A stretch of 64,000 bases of DNA, from NCBI GenBank assembly GCA_964016885.1, contig OZ024742.1:33790001-33854000 (forward strand), in the 5' to 3' direction. This document shows positions 1 through 14,576 of this stretch, piece after piece. Origin of the DNA: Eledone cirrhosa. Its lineage: Eukaryota. The notes below the pieces were generated by a model. That model had not been told where the DNA came from. It ran no database searches and was given only the letters and a program-made list of their open reading frames with translations. The first letter of the stretch is position 1. Each line of letters begins with the position of its first letter. The position numbers and the translations under genes were made by a program.

Positions 1-801
1 CACGTGAATAAGTACATTAAATTTCGCGCCAGTTCGTATTTGGTGGTTCTTTGTAGCCGTTTTCACAGTCACATGATTTGTCATAGAGAGTTTTGTGCCA
101 AACAAAAGATAATGGTAAAAAAAAAAGGGATGGGAAGAATTGATCTAGTTCAGTGAGTGTGGCTGATTCGCTGAAGTGTCAAAATTCAGACTTTCTATTG
201 AAATAAAGAAAATAGAGATGTATATTTTTATTTGTGTGCTGATGTGTGTGCGTGTGTGTGTAGGAAAATGATTCCATTAGTAGAATTTGAAAAGGGAGTT
301 ATGTGTGTATGGGTGTTATATGTGTGTGTGTATGTGTGGGGGTATGGTTTGCATGTTAAGGTGGTGACAGGGTAGAGAATATATATATTTGTGTGTGTGT
401 GTGTAGGAAAATGATTCCATTAGTAGAAATGGGGGAGGGAGTGATGTGTGTGTGTATGGGTGTTATATGTGTGTGTGAGGGGTATGGTTAGCATGTTAGA
501 ATATTAACGTATGTTAAGGTCTATTTAGCTATGGTTTTTATTTTCGAATATAGAAGAGGGTGTTATGTGTGTGTATGTATGTCTCTGTTTGAATGGTTAG
601 CATGTTATGGTGTTAACATATTAATGTATATTAAACTATATTTGACCAATCCCCTTAACTACAATCTTCCCATATAAGGAAGTTCCCCTTGTAAAGTTCG
701 GCTATTTATTTACCAAACTAAAAAACCTTTTACATTAGTCCAGAATTAGCCGTCGAAACGGCTTGAGCTCTGCCGTCGGGGTCATACTTTCTCCTATTAC
801 C

Positions 802-832
<31 letters not shown>

Positions 833-1299
833 ATGTATATATATATACATATTACTCAATACCGAGTACTCCTTTCTCTCAGCTGTCAACCACATACGGA
901 TATATGTATATTAGGGTGGCCATTAGCAATAGGTAATTTTCCGAAAGTTAAAATTGTGCTACTCCAACAGCGAAGCATATCTGTTTGCCCTATACTTGCG
1001 CTCTATCCCCAGCTTTGCAAGTTGCCTTCCCCATTATATTTATTGTCACTTATCCTTCTAATACCATGAATAAGTCTGAACAAGTTTTTAATTTAAGAGA
1101 AAATTATATGAGTGATAAAAATGACTTTCCGGGAAAAAACTTCAAAGTTTCACGGTCGATGAGGGTCGCCTTGTAGTTGTCAGCTTGAGCTAGAGTTTTG
1201 CATAGATTGGTTGTTTATTAATTAAAACAAGATAGGGGGGATGGGAGCTAAACGTTTAGAAAGTTGAAAATAAGGGCCACCCTAATATAAAATAAGGGC

Positions 1300-2930
1300 C
1301 CGAGGATAGGAAGAGGAAATGGCTAGACCATTTTGGGACCCTACTAGGAGAGCCGTCCTCCACAGCCCAGAGCACTGGGGATATCAGGCGGCTGTTTGAA
1401 GAACTGGATATTGAGACAGAGCCCTTCACCAGAGAGGAGCTTTAGAAAGCCAAGAAGAAGATCAAGGAGGGCAAGGCTCATGGAGAAGATGGAGTGGCAT
1501 CAGAGGTGATGAAGAGGTGTGATTTTGATGATATCACTCTGGGGTTCTGTAACCAGGCACTGGAGAAAGGAGTTGCCCCGAATCAGTGAAGGATCAGTAA
1601 CATCGTCCCAGTGCCAAAGAAGGGAGATCTCTCTAACACCAACAACTACAAGGCGATCTCACTGACGTCACTTGTGGCAAAGACCCTCAACAGGATGATT
1701 CTTAACAGGATCCAGCCTGAGATGGAGAAGAGGCTCAGGGACAACCAGAACGGCTTCAGAGAGGGAAGATCAACCACCAGTCACATCCTAATGCTGAGGA
1801 GGATATTAGAGGGAGCTAGAGCAAAGTGCCTTCCTGCAGCCAGGGTTTTCATTGAGTTTAGGAAGGCCTTTGATTCTGTGGACCGTCACTACCTGGTGAA
1901 GATCTTACAGGCCTATGGAATTCCCAAGAAGATAGTGGACCTCGTATCACTGCTCTACACCAACACCAATGCCCAAGTCATTACACCTGATGGGATGACA
2001 GAGTTCTTTGAGATACTGGCTGGAGTGCTCCAGGGAGATACATAGGCTCCGTACCTTTTTATCATCGTAGTGGACTATTGTATGCGCCTTGCACTGGAGA
2101 AACACCAGGATTCTGGCTTTACTGTAGCACCGGCTCAAAGCAGGAGAGTTAAGGCGAAAAAGATATCGGATGCTGAATTTGCCGACGACATAGTTTTGGT
2201 GACAAATACAGTGAAGGAGGCAGAGAATTTGATGCAGGAGGTTGAGACAGTGTCGATGAGTGTGGGTTGAGAATGAATGAGGCTAAAACAAAATATCTGG
2301 TAGAGAATGTTGAGAAACCAGAGGGGATGACTAATGTAGGTGGAAAGCCGCTAGAATTGGTTGAGGACTTCCTGTATTTGGGAGCAAAAATTGGGAATAC
2401 GGAAGATGATGTGGTTGAGAGGAAGAGCAAGGCCTGGGCAGCGGGCCACAGCTTGAGGTCGGTGTGGAAGTCGGACCTTCGTAAAGACCTGAAAATCCGC
2501 CTCTTCATTGCTGTAGTGGAGTCTGTGCTGCTGTACGGGTCTGAGACTTGGACACTGACCAAGAAACTCACTCAGATGGTGGATGGGTGCTACACGAGAA
2601 TGCTGAGGATGGCTCTGAACATTAATCAGTATACACTGAGGATGAAAAACTCAGAGCTGTATGGGAGCCTCCCAAGAGTCAGCTTAAAAGTGACACAGAG
2701 GAGACTGAGGTTAGCTGAACATGCTCACCGACATCCAGAGTTGACATTGCACTCAGTGCTCCTGTGGGAGCCCCAACATGGACACACTGGAAGCGGTTAA
2801 CGTATGTTGATGCCATAAGGACAGACACTGGTCTGTTGGAGACGCAGGACATGGCAGCGATAATGAGGAACAGAGACCGCTGGAGAGAACTCGTTCACGG
2901 ATCTCGGGAATTTTACCCGCCTTAGAATAG
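1300..2930 (+). mobile_element. RTE-like LINE, 5'-truncated, degenerate RT
   Basis: ORFs 1611-2045, 2070-2270 and 2267-2800 with PKKGDL, QNGFR, KAFDSV, GVLQGD, FADD and LLYGSETW motifs; stops and frameshifts. Confidence 0.92.
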
Positions 2931-2944
2931 AAAAAATATCTATA

Positions 2945-3283
2945 TCTATATATGTATATGTATATATGTATATGTATATATGTATATGTATATATGTATA
3001 TGTATATATATGTATATATGTATATGTATATATGTATATGTATATATGTATATGTATATATGTATATGTATATATGTATATGTATATATGTATATGTATA
3101 TATGTATATGTATATATGTATATGTATATATGTATATGTATATATGTATATGTATATATGTATATGTATATATGTATATGTATATATGTATATGTATATA
3201 TGTATATGTATATATGTATATGTATATATGTATATGTATATATGTATATGTATATATGTATATGTATATATGTATATATGTAT
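2945..3283. repeat. Compound TATG/TA microsatellite with higher-order period
   Basis: Regular tatatgtatatgta repeats directly after the LINE 3' end. Confidence 0.9.
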
Positions 3284-3853
3284 GTAAAAGGTAAACAGAA
3301 ATAACAACACAGTCGGTACAGTATATGGAAGGGATATATTAGGTTAACGCTTGATATAGCAGGAAGAGCGTCTTAACGTTTCGGGAATTTTCATAAAATT
3401 GTAGGAATCTCAACGCGCGGATAGCTGTGATATATGTTGTATGTGAAGAAACACAACTACCAACACTGCTGCTGCTACTACAACCCCTCTCTCAATTCAC
3501 AACAGTTTATTTTACAGTCTACTTCTCAACAACGAAGATGAAAAAACTTACTTCAACACTTAATTTAAAATCTTTAATTTTTAGTTTTTAACCCTTATAA
3601 ATTATTTTTAATTGTAATACTCAACATTTGATAAGATGAATTTTATTAATACATCGAAACCGGTAATACTTATATACTTTATATACATTATAAAACTCTT
3701 TTTTTAAAAGAATTGTCCCTCTCATTTTTTCAATAATGCCACTTTGGCGAATCAAAGAAAGGGAAATAAAAAAAAAGAAAAACAGACCCTTAAATATATT
3801 TTCAGTATTATTTCCAATTTCACCTGCCTTGTATAGAACCTTACTTCCCTTTT

Positions 3854-3949
<96 letters not shown>

Positions 3950-3951
<2 letters not shown>

Positions 3952-4502
3952 GTACATACATATATGTATACAGACGTACAGTAGTATGTATATATGTACA
4001 TACATGCACACATATATATATATATGCACGTATCAGTTTACCGAACATTTATTATAATGCTCGGTTTGTTTGTAAACAAACACCCCGAATTACGCCGTAC
4101 AGTGTTTAGGCAACCACGTCACCTTTTTGTTCAACACTGACACAGGAACGATGTACTAGTTTCAAGCTTATTAGCTATCGTCAGCATCGTATACCTTCCT
4201 ACCAGATGGTTGAACGTCTGAAAGTATATACTTTCCTTATGCATATTAACGGCTAAGCAGCCTAATTTGCATATCGAGTGAGTTCAGTTGGCCGGGCACA
4301 CCAAAAACAAACAAACCGAGCATTATAATAAATGTTCGGTAAACCGATACGTGCATATATATATGTGTGCATGTATGTATCTATATACATACTACTCTAC
4401 GTCTGTATACATATATGTATGTACGTATACATACATCCATACTTACATTTAAGTAAGTGCCGTACTAATAGTGAGAAACGAAATTTCGTTTCATTCTATT
4501 CC

Positions 4503-4505
<3 letters not shown>
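3950..4505. mobile_element. Family A hammerhead-bearing non-coding fold-back element
   Basis: Flanked by (TA)n; 4306 onward is an inverted copy of the left arm. Homologous copies at 19225, 22000 and 51390. Confidence 0.8.
4148..4190 (-). ncRNA. Minimal type-I hammerhead ribozyme (family A)
   Basis: acgaug CUGACGA u-agcu-aaua-agcu-u GAAA cuag UA caucgu. 6-bp stem I, palindromic stem III ACUAGU, GUA site. Confidence 0.8.
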
Positions 4506-4568
<63 letters not shown>

Positions 4569-4739
4569 TCCCGCTGACAACAATTTTTTACGTATCCGAA
4601 TGGGCTTTTGAATGCCCATCTTTATGTGAGAACGAATAAGTTTATGATTAGATCATGTTTCTATTGAAAGAGCACAAATGAAATTACATCATGCCTGCTT
4701 GTCTAACGTGTTATATAATCAATTAAATTAAAGTGACCA

Positions 4740-5220
4740 GATCTTGGGTGTTTCCAGTTACTCTTCAAATGGAAGACTGTATTTTAATTAGAAGATTAAA
4801 TTCTGTACAAAGTGATAGCAAAAGACGGTTATTTGAGTTAATATTTCCAATATAATGCTTGCCTAAGTCATTTGGCCATGACAAGTAGTCATTTCCCACA
4901 CCGGCATTACAGTCCCCTATCAAGAACAATTTATCACCAGCAGGCACTTTTCTGAGCTGCTCGCGAGGACAGGAATAGTATTCTTTCTTAAGCTCAAAGT
5001 TTAGTGTGGGGGCTAAGCAACTAAACATGACCAATACCGTTTTTTCCCTATTTTCACTCGAAGGGTCATAATCCTGACATTGATACCTACAGGAAGTGAT
5101 ACAAGTTGTTTTACTAAATCACTTCGAATAGCAAATCATTCACCAGATTCCCTGTTATGCATCAGTAAAAGGTTTAGCATTCTTCCATATCTTCTAATTG
5201 ACCACTTTCTACAAACCTAG
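4740..5220 (-). mobile_element. RTE-like LINE APE endonuclease fragment
   Basis: ORF 4765-5034 KVPAGDKLFLIGDCNAGVG...GNINSN..LLLSLCTEFNLLI matches the GDFNA and N.NG motifs. Confidence 0.75.
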
Positions 5221-5882
5221 TTTCTGAAAGAGCCGCTATGTTTATGTTCTGCTGTGATAGGAGACGAGTATGATAACTGTCCTACTTTCAGGATTACATT
5301 TTGTATTCTGCAGAATCTCCCATTCCATGAGGTTACGATTATTTCCTTTATTTTGTTTTGGATGAATAAGTGATGACCAGGTTTAGTGCGAACAAACAAT
5401 GTTTTAGGACTCATTTTATGACCCCCTCATCTCAATAGGAAAGGAATGTCACCTTAAAAAGGGTTGCTTTGATGTGAAAGGAGAAAACGAATCTAACAAT
5501 TGTTTGTATGTGTTGAACGGGACGGCTATCTACCTTTCACCACCGATGTGCAAGGTTCATGCAGCAGCATACCCTGACTGCATCCGTTGCAATTCCCTCA
5601 TTATCATGGTATTTAAGGGGCACATAAGATTTCAAAGTATTTGGTGAAAAACCTACAAAAATGATTTGTTTACAGTGGTCAGTTTATGCCATACAACGTA
5701 CAATCTCTCCATTATTACACCACGTCCTGTACTGGTGCACAATGTGCCACATATCTGTGAATATTATAATTACAGGCTTTACGAATAGAAGTTGTCCATC
5801 TTCCAGGCTGGTTGTATTAGCGAGACTAGAGAGTCCAGCCTACCCTATCGAGGGCGAAAGCAGTTATATATATATTTATATA

Positions 5883-5969
<87 letters not shown>

Positions 5970-5997
5970 CAGTTATATATATATATATATATATATA

Positions 5998-6829
5998 CGA
6001 GGTGTGTCAGAAACGTTCCAGGACTGATGTCATAAAAGATTTATTTCAAACCAAAATTTCACACTAACAGTTTTCTCCTTCAAAGTAATCCCCCTGGAGT
6101 CTAATGCACTTTTCCATCCTTTTCTGCCACGCTTGCATGCACTCCTGGAAGGATTCTTCCGCGATCCTCCGCAGTTCCATCGTCACGGCCTTTTTGATGT
6201 CGTCCACGTCTTCAAAACATGTCCTCTCCGGGTCGTTCTCGAAGATCCATGACTCATCACCGGTGATGACTGTCCCTAGAAAGTCTGGTTCGGTTTCAAA
6301 ACTTGCATGCGTCGACCCTTCTGGTCATCGTTCAGCAGTTTTGGCACCATCTTCGCGCAGACTTTCCGCATGTCCAAATCTTCAGTGAGAATCTTCTCGA
6401 TTCATGCCCAGCTCATTTACCATAGGTCGAACAGTCAGCCGACGATCGTTACGCACCATCTGCCTGACGCGCTCAACGTTGACCTCAGTCCTGGTTGTTG
6501 AGGGCCTTCCGCTCCTGGGGTCATCTTGCACCACTCAAAATCACGTCTCATCTCCATACACTTGCTGCAGCAATCCCAGTGCTTCTGACAGAGTTTTCCC
6601 CAACCGTACAAGTTTGTTCGTTGCTCTGTGCTCATTGCTTGACGACCTGAAACAGAGGATATGTATATAAAATTATGAAGAAAAAAGAAAGTTTGATCGC
6701 TGCAGAGAGGTAAGATTACAGTTCCATACTCCAGGGGGATTACTTTGAAGAAGAAAACTTTTAGTGTGAAGTTTGGGTTTGAAATAAATCTTTTGTGACA
6801 TTAGTCCTGGAACTTTTCTGACACACCTC

Positions 6830-6830
<1 letters not shown>
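5998..6830 (-). mobile_element. Internally deleted mariner element with ~100-bp TIRs
   Basis: TA-flanked CGAGGTGTGTCAGAAA...TTTCTGACACACCTCG. Minus-strand remnants DDPRSGRPST, VCAKMVPKLL, ITGDESW and GDYFE. Confidence 0.9.
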
Positions 6831-6922
<92 letters not shown>

Positions 6923-7213
6923 TATTCAATTAAGGAAAGTTGGTTTATCAGATAATCCACCGACATTTTTGTAAACAGACGTAAAGCACTCTACGATTTG
7001 TATTCCTGACAATGTTATGACTACTGGATACCAATGTAAAGACAACTCTAACTCAGTAGCATATCAATAACAAACACTCCACAAATTTCAAATGTCTGAA
7101 GAGAACAATTCAGAGGGTTATTATGCAAAACTACTCTGACGTCTTCAAAATACATATAACACGTACATATAAGATACATATAAGATGTACACATAAAACC
7201 GCCTCTCTTCTTC

Positions 7214-7290
<77 letters not shown>

Positions 7291-7293
<3 letters not shown>

Positions 7294-9200
7294 CGAAGGA
7301 AATGTGGTAAGGAACCAGATGGACCATAACGCACCAAAGTACTCAATACTTAGGGTAGTAGAGTGGGTAATAGGAACGAGTAGGACCCCGACGGCTGAGT
7401 TCAAGCCGTTTCGACGGCTAATTCTGGACTAAATTAAAAAGTTTTTCCTGGTAAATGAATAGCCGAACTTCTCAGGGGGTAATTCCATATATGGTAAAAG
7501 TGATTGTCACAAGGATTGGTCAAAAGTTTGTTGTTGAGACATCAAATCTCTCACTGGTACTGCTAAACTATAGAAAAGTTTAATAGGTGGGACGGAATAC
7601 TAAATACGAGATTGTAGTGAAAGAATTTTATGAGTTAGTAGTAATCGGCCAAATCTATCTTACAATGACAGGTCAACAAGTAGGGGGTCAAAATACTAAA
7701 AAAAAAACTAATACGAACTAATAATTCAGAGCCCCGAAACTAATACGAAATATTTATTCAGAATCCCGAAACTGAATACTAATACGATATATAAGAGTAC
7801 TGCTACAATACATAAATTGTAATACAAACTACATAAATGCTCGTACGATATATATGAAAAACTAATACGAAAAATTTAATACGAAAAATTAATTCAGAAT
7901 CCCCCCACCAAAAAAAAAAAAAAAATACTGATATACGAGAAACTAAAGCAGAGATACCACTAAGAAATCTAGAAATCACGGAAATGGGACAGCAATCAGA
8001 TAAGAAAGCAAGTATCTGGGGTGTAGCACATCTGCTATAAAAAGCGGAATCGGCCAATTCTATCATAGAATAGGTGGGGGAGGGGTACTGAGGCTACAGA
8101 GGACCGAACGGCTGCCTCGGCGTGGGCGAGAAGGTGAAAAGAACGACGACAAAGAAGGAGATCTGGGGTGGAAGGACTAGGAAGGGATGGGGGAAGAAGG
8201 AAATATAGAGGAAACGATATTATTTTCTATATTTCCTCTATATTTCCTTCTTCCCCCCATCCCTTCCTAGTCCTTCCACCCCAGATCTCCTTCTTTGTCG
8301 TCGTTCTTTTCACCTTCTCGCCCACGCCGAGGCAGCCCTTCGGTCCTCTGTAGCCTCAGTACCCTCCCCCCTCTATTCTATGATAGAATTGGCCGATTTC
8401 GCTTTTTATAGCAGATGTGCTACACCCCAGATACTTGCTTTCTTATCTGATTGCTGCCTCATTTCCGTGATTTCTAGATTTCTTAGTGGTATCTCTGCTT
8501 TAGTTTCTCGTATATCAGTATTTTTTTTGGGGGGGGGGGGGGATTCTGAATTAATTTTTCGTATTAAATGTTTCGTATTAGTTTTTTAAAAAATATTTTG
8601 GCCTCATACTTGTTGACCTGTCATTGTAAGATAGATTTGGCCGATTACTACTAACTCATAAAATTCTTTCACTACAATCTCGTATTTAGTATTCCGTCTC
8701 ACCTATTAAACTTTGCTATAGTTAGGCAGTACCAGTGAGAGATTTGATGATTGTGGAAGGGGAATAGTAACCAGAAATTGTGTTTTTTTTTTATATTTTT
8801 AATATTTTTTATATTTTTCTATATATTTACCCCATATAGATTTACTTATCGTTTCGACTTCCTCCCACTCCCCCTCTCTAGTATACTTCTCTCGACCTCT
8901 TATCCTTAGGATTCTGCTGTAGTTGTCACTTTCAACGCACGACTGGGTTTCCTCCACTCCCTCTCCCTCTTTCTTCTACTGGCAAGTTCAGCTACCCCTA
9001 CCTTCTACAAAATGCCATGATAGAATCATGTGTCTCAACAACAAACTTTTGACCAATCCTTGTAACAATCACTTTTACCATATATGGAATTACCCCCTGA
9101 GAAGTTAGGCTATTCATTTACCAGGACAAAGTTTTTAATTTAGTCCAGAATTAGCCGTCGAAACGGTTTCAGCTCAGCCGTCAGGTTCCTACTCATTCCT
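7291..9200. repeat. ~1.9-kb imperfect palindrome (family C, probably Penelope-terminus derived), centre ~8220
   Basis: 7880-8213 is inverted in 8233-8585, 7545-7690 in 8605-8750 and 7365-7540 in 9032-9200; embedded in (TA)n. Confidence 0.85.
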
Positions 9201-9213
9201 ATATATGTATATA

Positions 9214-9277
<64 letters not shown>

Positions 9278-9318
9278 TACATATATATATATATTCTATA
9301 TATATCTATCTATATATA

Positions 9319-9368
<50 letters not shown>

Positions 9369-9546
9369 TATATATATATATATATATAAAGAGTCAGGAC
9401 CCCTCAGGCTGAGCTCCGGCCGTTTCGACAGCTAGATCCGAACTCAGTCAGGGTCCTGACTATTTTTCTATTAATCACTCTACTACCCTAAGTATCAAGT
9501 ACTCTAGTGTATTATGGTCCACCTAGTTTCTTACCACACTTTATTT

Positions 9547-9585
<39 letters not shown>

Positions 9586-11130
9586 TATATGATATGATGG
9601 TACAATTTATACTATTGACACCTATCGCTTGTAGTGCCTTCTCCCTATTCTAGCAAGAGAGAAAATATATTTTATCTCATATGGTGTACGTAACAAACAA
9701 AGGGAATTGAGACCAAATCTCGGGTTATGAGCTTTCTTAACGGGAAAACTCTACTTAAGTGCGCTCATCACTATTCCATCAAAGTTATAAGTCTCTGCTG
9801 ATTTGTAGATAAGAGAAGTTAGGTTTATTTTCCGTTTAGACATTTTCTGTGCGTGTGAGTATGTGGTGGGTGGGTACATATAGAGAATATAAGTAATCTA
9901 AGTGAAGTGAAATTGCTACAATCGGGAATCAAGATACAAAATCGTACCCCATACGCAATTGTCTAGATTTTACATATTAATTTATGGTACTCGCGCCAAG
10001 TGAGAGTTTAATTTTGAACGGATATTTTAGGGGAAGTGTAGATAAATGGACAGAGAAAATATCCAGGCCTTTCTTAACGACTTTAGCGGAGGCTTAAGTG
10101 TAATTGTTGTTATGTTGTTGGACCTCCATCGATTACGAAGACGAGTATTTCAGTTGTTATACAAAGAAACATCTTGCTGGTGAAATTAATATGCAAATCA
10201 CTGAATATTCCATAGTCACGTGTACCATTAATGTAGTTATCAGGGCTATTCGGCGTGACACAGTGCACAATCTGTCCCTTTGAATTTACAGGCATAACTG
10301 AGTACATTGGAACAACAGGAAAAAAAGTACCTTGCTGAAGGACACAGTGCGCTGCTGGAAATCTAACGCACAACCTTACCATCGTGATCCCTACACCTTA
10401 ACCGCTAAACAGGCTCCTTCATAAGTGAAATGGAGTAGAGTTTAGAAAAGCAAAATATCTGACAATAATTTCAATGCGCGGCTCCTCTGCTAACCGAGAG
10501 CTTATCTGTTGCTCTACAACACTCACCGTAAATATATAATAACATCTTTTCTCTCTTGTATAATTATTTTCTTATTTTAGTTTGCTTTGATTTGATTAAA
10601 TCATATAGGCTATGCTAAAGCTTGGGAGAAAGGATATTCCGCTTTTGTTAAGAATATTAATAGTATTAATGTGATGTGAAATGGCGTCAACCAGGAATGG
10701 AAATTGTTCTGCAGTCCAGAGCTTGCCGGAAGCTTACTATTTGTTATTTCACTCATTGCAAATGAATAATAAATTATATAAAAACAACAGAAATAAGAAA
10801 AAAAAACAAAAAAAAAACAGCCCCCCCCCCCCCCCCCCCACACACACACACATTAGCAATCAACATAGTAATAGATCAATAAAAATAAAATAGAAAAAAC
10901 AACATAATGCAAATATACGCAGGGCAAATAATACAGACAAAAAGATAAATAAATAAACAAACAAATAAATGTATAAACAATAATAATAGAAATAAAACAA
11001 TCAAATGAAATAAAGAAAAATATATAAAATCTTTGAAATGTCGTTTCAGTTAAAAGCAATTTATTGTGAGCGTTTTCTGTATTATGTGATACATTTGTCT
11101 TGGTCGTCGGCATTAACACCACCGTCGCCG

Positions 11131-11163
<33 letters not shown>

Positions 11164-11232
11164 ACAACAGTTAGGTTATTCATTAAACGCTACATCATTA
11201 ATAAATACAATCATAATACTGCTACTAGCAAT

Positions 11233-11655
11233 AATTGTTTCTACTTTTGGTACAAAGCCAACAATTTTGCGGGGAGGGGAAATTCAATTAAATCGACCCC
11301 AGTGCATGACTGGTAGTTTATATTTTTGACTCCGTAAAGATGAAAGGCAAAGATAACCTCGGTGGGATTTGAACTCAGAACGTAAAGGGCCGTAACTCTA
11401 TACCGCTAAGCAAGGTGTCCAACGCTCTACCAATACTGCCAATACACCGCCCTACTGATACAAGTAATAATCGTTTCTACTTTTGGCACAAGGCCAGCAA
11501 TTACCCAGTACATTACTGGTACTTTATGTTATCGACCCCGTAAGGATGAAAGGCAAAGATAACCTCAGTGGAATTTGAACTCAGAATGGCAAGGGCCGTA
11601 ACTCTATACTGCAAAGCTTGGCGTCCGACCCTCTACCGATACTGCCAATCCACTA
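11233..11655 (-). mobile_element. Two tandem tRNA-derived SINEs
   Basis: A box TGGCAGTAT.GG, B box GAGTTCAAATC and the GCCTTTCATCCT..GGTCGATAAA core, all reverse-complemented. Confidence 0.85.
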
Positions 11656-11711
11656 GTAATAATGGCCTACCAATCCACTAATCCCATAATAATAATAATT
11701 ATTATTATTAT

Positions 11712-11915
11712 GTGGCTTGGCAAAATAGGCAGAGCGTTAGGAACCCTGCTTCGCGGCATAGAGTTTCATCCCTTTACTTCTGAGTTCAAATCCCGCCGTG
11801 ATTACTTTGCCTTTCATCTTTATTGAGGATATAAAAAAAGTACCAGTAACGCACTGGGATCAATTTAATCGATTTCCCCGCCCCCGCATTGTTGGCTTCT
11901 GCCTAAATCAGAAAA
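11712..11915 (+). mobile_element. tRNA-derived SINE
   Basis: ctgagttcaaatcccgcc...ctttgcctttcatc...gtaccagt. Confidence 0.8.
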
Positions 11916-12954
11916 CCTTATTTCTTTACTGCCTACCGGGGGTCGACTTATAAAGGATGCTACGGAGAACAGAGACAGTGGAAGTTTACAGAAAATCGTG
12001 TAAAAAGAAAATATAACAATAATATATATATAACAATGAAATTCCCCATTTGGATGAGTACCAGTGAGGATGACTTAGGAACCTCCACAAATCCTAAACC
12101 ACCCTACTTTCCAGGTGCTCGCTACTGTCCTATGAAGGTGAAGAAAATCCAAGAGTTGAGGTTATTGCCAATATATTTGAAGGTTAGGCGTCCTATGTAT
12201 TGTGATATCAGTGAATGGGCAGATGTGTAACTCACCTGCTGTGTGTAACCCATCTTCTTTTTAAAAACCAGATACGTTCACAAAACTTTTCCCTCGGCCG
12301 AAAAAACAATATTGCTCGGCAAAGAATACTCCTGTTTCTCTTTTGGCAGTACATAAATAATCTTTTTTTTGCTCTTCAAGACCTTTTCTTGGCTGGTCAG
12401 TTCATATTTAGAAATTACCTGTTAGAGGCAGTGCGAACGAAGTTTAACTACGTTTTCAACATTTTCTTCTTTTGACAACAAGTGTAAGTGTGTACGTTAT
12501 TTTTGTTTTTATTTTTCTTATTTGCGGTTTCAAACAACAAATTATTACTATTTATATTCGTTTGTTTCATTGTTATTTCTTCACTTTATCGTTTTTTTTT
12601 AAAAATTTATTTTCATGCATGTGAAGATAAATATATTCTTCTCTTTTAAGTGTCGCTGGCTTCTTTTGTTAGAAGTTCTTCTCTAGTGGAAGAAGTCATA
12701 CTGAAAATTATTGTTAATAACAAATTTCGAAATAAAAATAATAAAACGACGTTCAAAGTAGATCTTTGGTCTACGTCAGGTGTAGAGGTAGAGGTGGGGA
12801 CGAGCAGACATTGCCTGTTTGTATAATAATCCCGAAAGAAATAAAGAAATAATTCATTAAAACTTGTTAGTAATCGATAATACTAGGAAGGTTGCGCAAC
12901 ACGTCCACATCCGAGAATACAAATAACAATAACAACAACGATGACGATAATAAT

Positions 12955-13590
12955 GGTTTCTGATTTAGGCACAAGGCAAACAAGTTTCTAAAGCCGATTA
13001 AATCGACCCCATTGGTACTTTATTTTACTTTATTTTATCGACCCTGTAAGGATGAAAGGCAAAGCTAAACTTGGCGGTATTTGAACTCAGAACGTAAAGG
13101 GCCGTAACTCAATGCTGTTAAGAATGTTGTCCGACCTTCTACCAATACTGCTAATTCACCTCCCAACGGTGGTGACAATGATAATAATTATGATGGCTTC
13201 TAATTTTGGCACAAGGCCAGCAATTGTAGTTCTCGGATGGATGAAAGACAAATTTGACCTCGATGGGATTTGAACTCAGAACGTAAAGGGCCGGCCATAA
13301 CTACATGCCGCAAAGTATGGTGTCCGACGCTCTTCTGATACTACCAATTCACCATTCTACTACTACTACTGATAATGATTTCTAGTATAGGCACAAGGCA
13401 CAAATCTTTGGGGAGGGGAAAGTCGATTAAATCGACCCCAGTACATTAATTGTACTTTATTTTATCGACCCCCGTAACGATGAAAGGAAAAGCTAACCTC
13501 GGTGGGATTTGGACTCAGAACGTAAAGGGCCGTCATTCTATGCCGCGAAGCATGGTCTCCGGCGCTCTACCGAGGTTGCCACTCCACCTC
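12955..13590 (-). mobile_element. Three tandem tRNA-derived SINEs
   Basis: Three units starting ggcacaaggc...ggatgaaag...gaactcagaacgtaaagggcc. Confidence 0.85.
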
Positions 13591-14265
13591 TCTTATAATC
13601 ATTAATAAGAATGGTTTCTAACAGATACATGGTAAAACACATTGGAGCAGGAATATAATCCATGTGATTACTTTCCTGTAGTTGACTGGTAGATACTCAT
13701 TTTATGAGCATCACAACGGTGAAATGTAATGACGCTTCCGATAGAATGAAAATGAACATAACTCAATATCGAAAGACATTTTATCCGCTACTCTACGAAT
13801 TCTGCTACTCGACAATTGATAGAAAACAGAGAACAGGAAATACTGGGTTAAAACAAAACTTGAATAGTGAAACACAGTGATTCGTATCGTAAGAAATGCA
13901 AATAATAAAATAAAATAAAATAGTCGTATCTATGAGCAAAAATAAGAAACTCAATAAATAGTGATTCTATTTGGATCCCCAGAAAGCATAACTAATGCCT
14001 ATTTTATGTCTTGTTTGTTTGCTTACAATAATAAAGTAACATCGAGTAGTCATAGAAGACAAAATATACGAATCAATTAAAAAACCAGCACCCATAATAC
14101 AAGTAGCTATGAAAATAATACATGTTATTATCCAATTTGCAGGGACTGCCGTAGTTTAATGCGATCATGTTCTAAAGCAAGCCTGGCGTCGTAGTTGGTG
14201 TCATCTCAAATGCTTAACTCCCAACAACAACAACAACAGCAACAACAAATTTGCATTATACATTA

Positions 14266-14458
14266 GGCGGCAGTGGATTATCAGTATCGGTAGAGGATCG
14301 GACGCCATGCTTTCCAGTATAGAGTTACGTCCCTTTATGATCTGAGTTCAAATCCCGCCGAGGTTAACTTTGTCTTTCATCCTTACGGGGTCGATAAAAT
14401 AAAGCACCAGTAATGTACTGGGATAGTTGCTGGTCTTGTGCCAAAAGTAGAAACAATT
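14266..14458 (+). mobile_element. tRNA-derived SINE
   Basis: Full copy with A and B boxes, ending gtgccaaaagtagaaacaatt. Confidence 0.85.
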
Positions 14459-14576
14459 ATATATTATTAGCATCCATCAAAATAAAATGAAAACTACATG
14501 GGAACAACGGATCACTAAAAATAACACTACAGACACGACTATTGTTTGAACATTTGGGTACGTTTAGGGAGATGTA

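Noticed and set aside
7803-8589. Paired MIELAD... ORFs
   Set aside because: Mirror arms of a palindrome; no recognisable protein motif.
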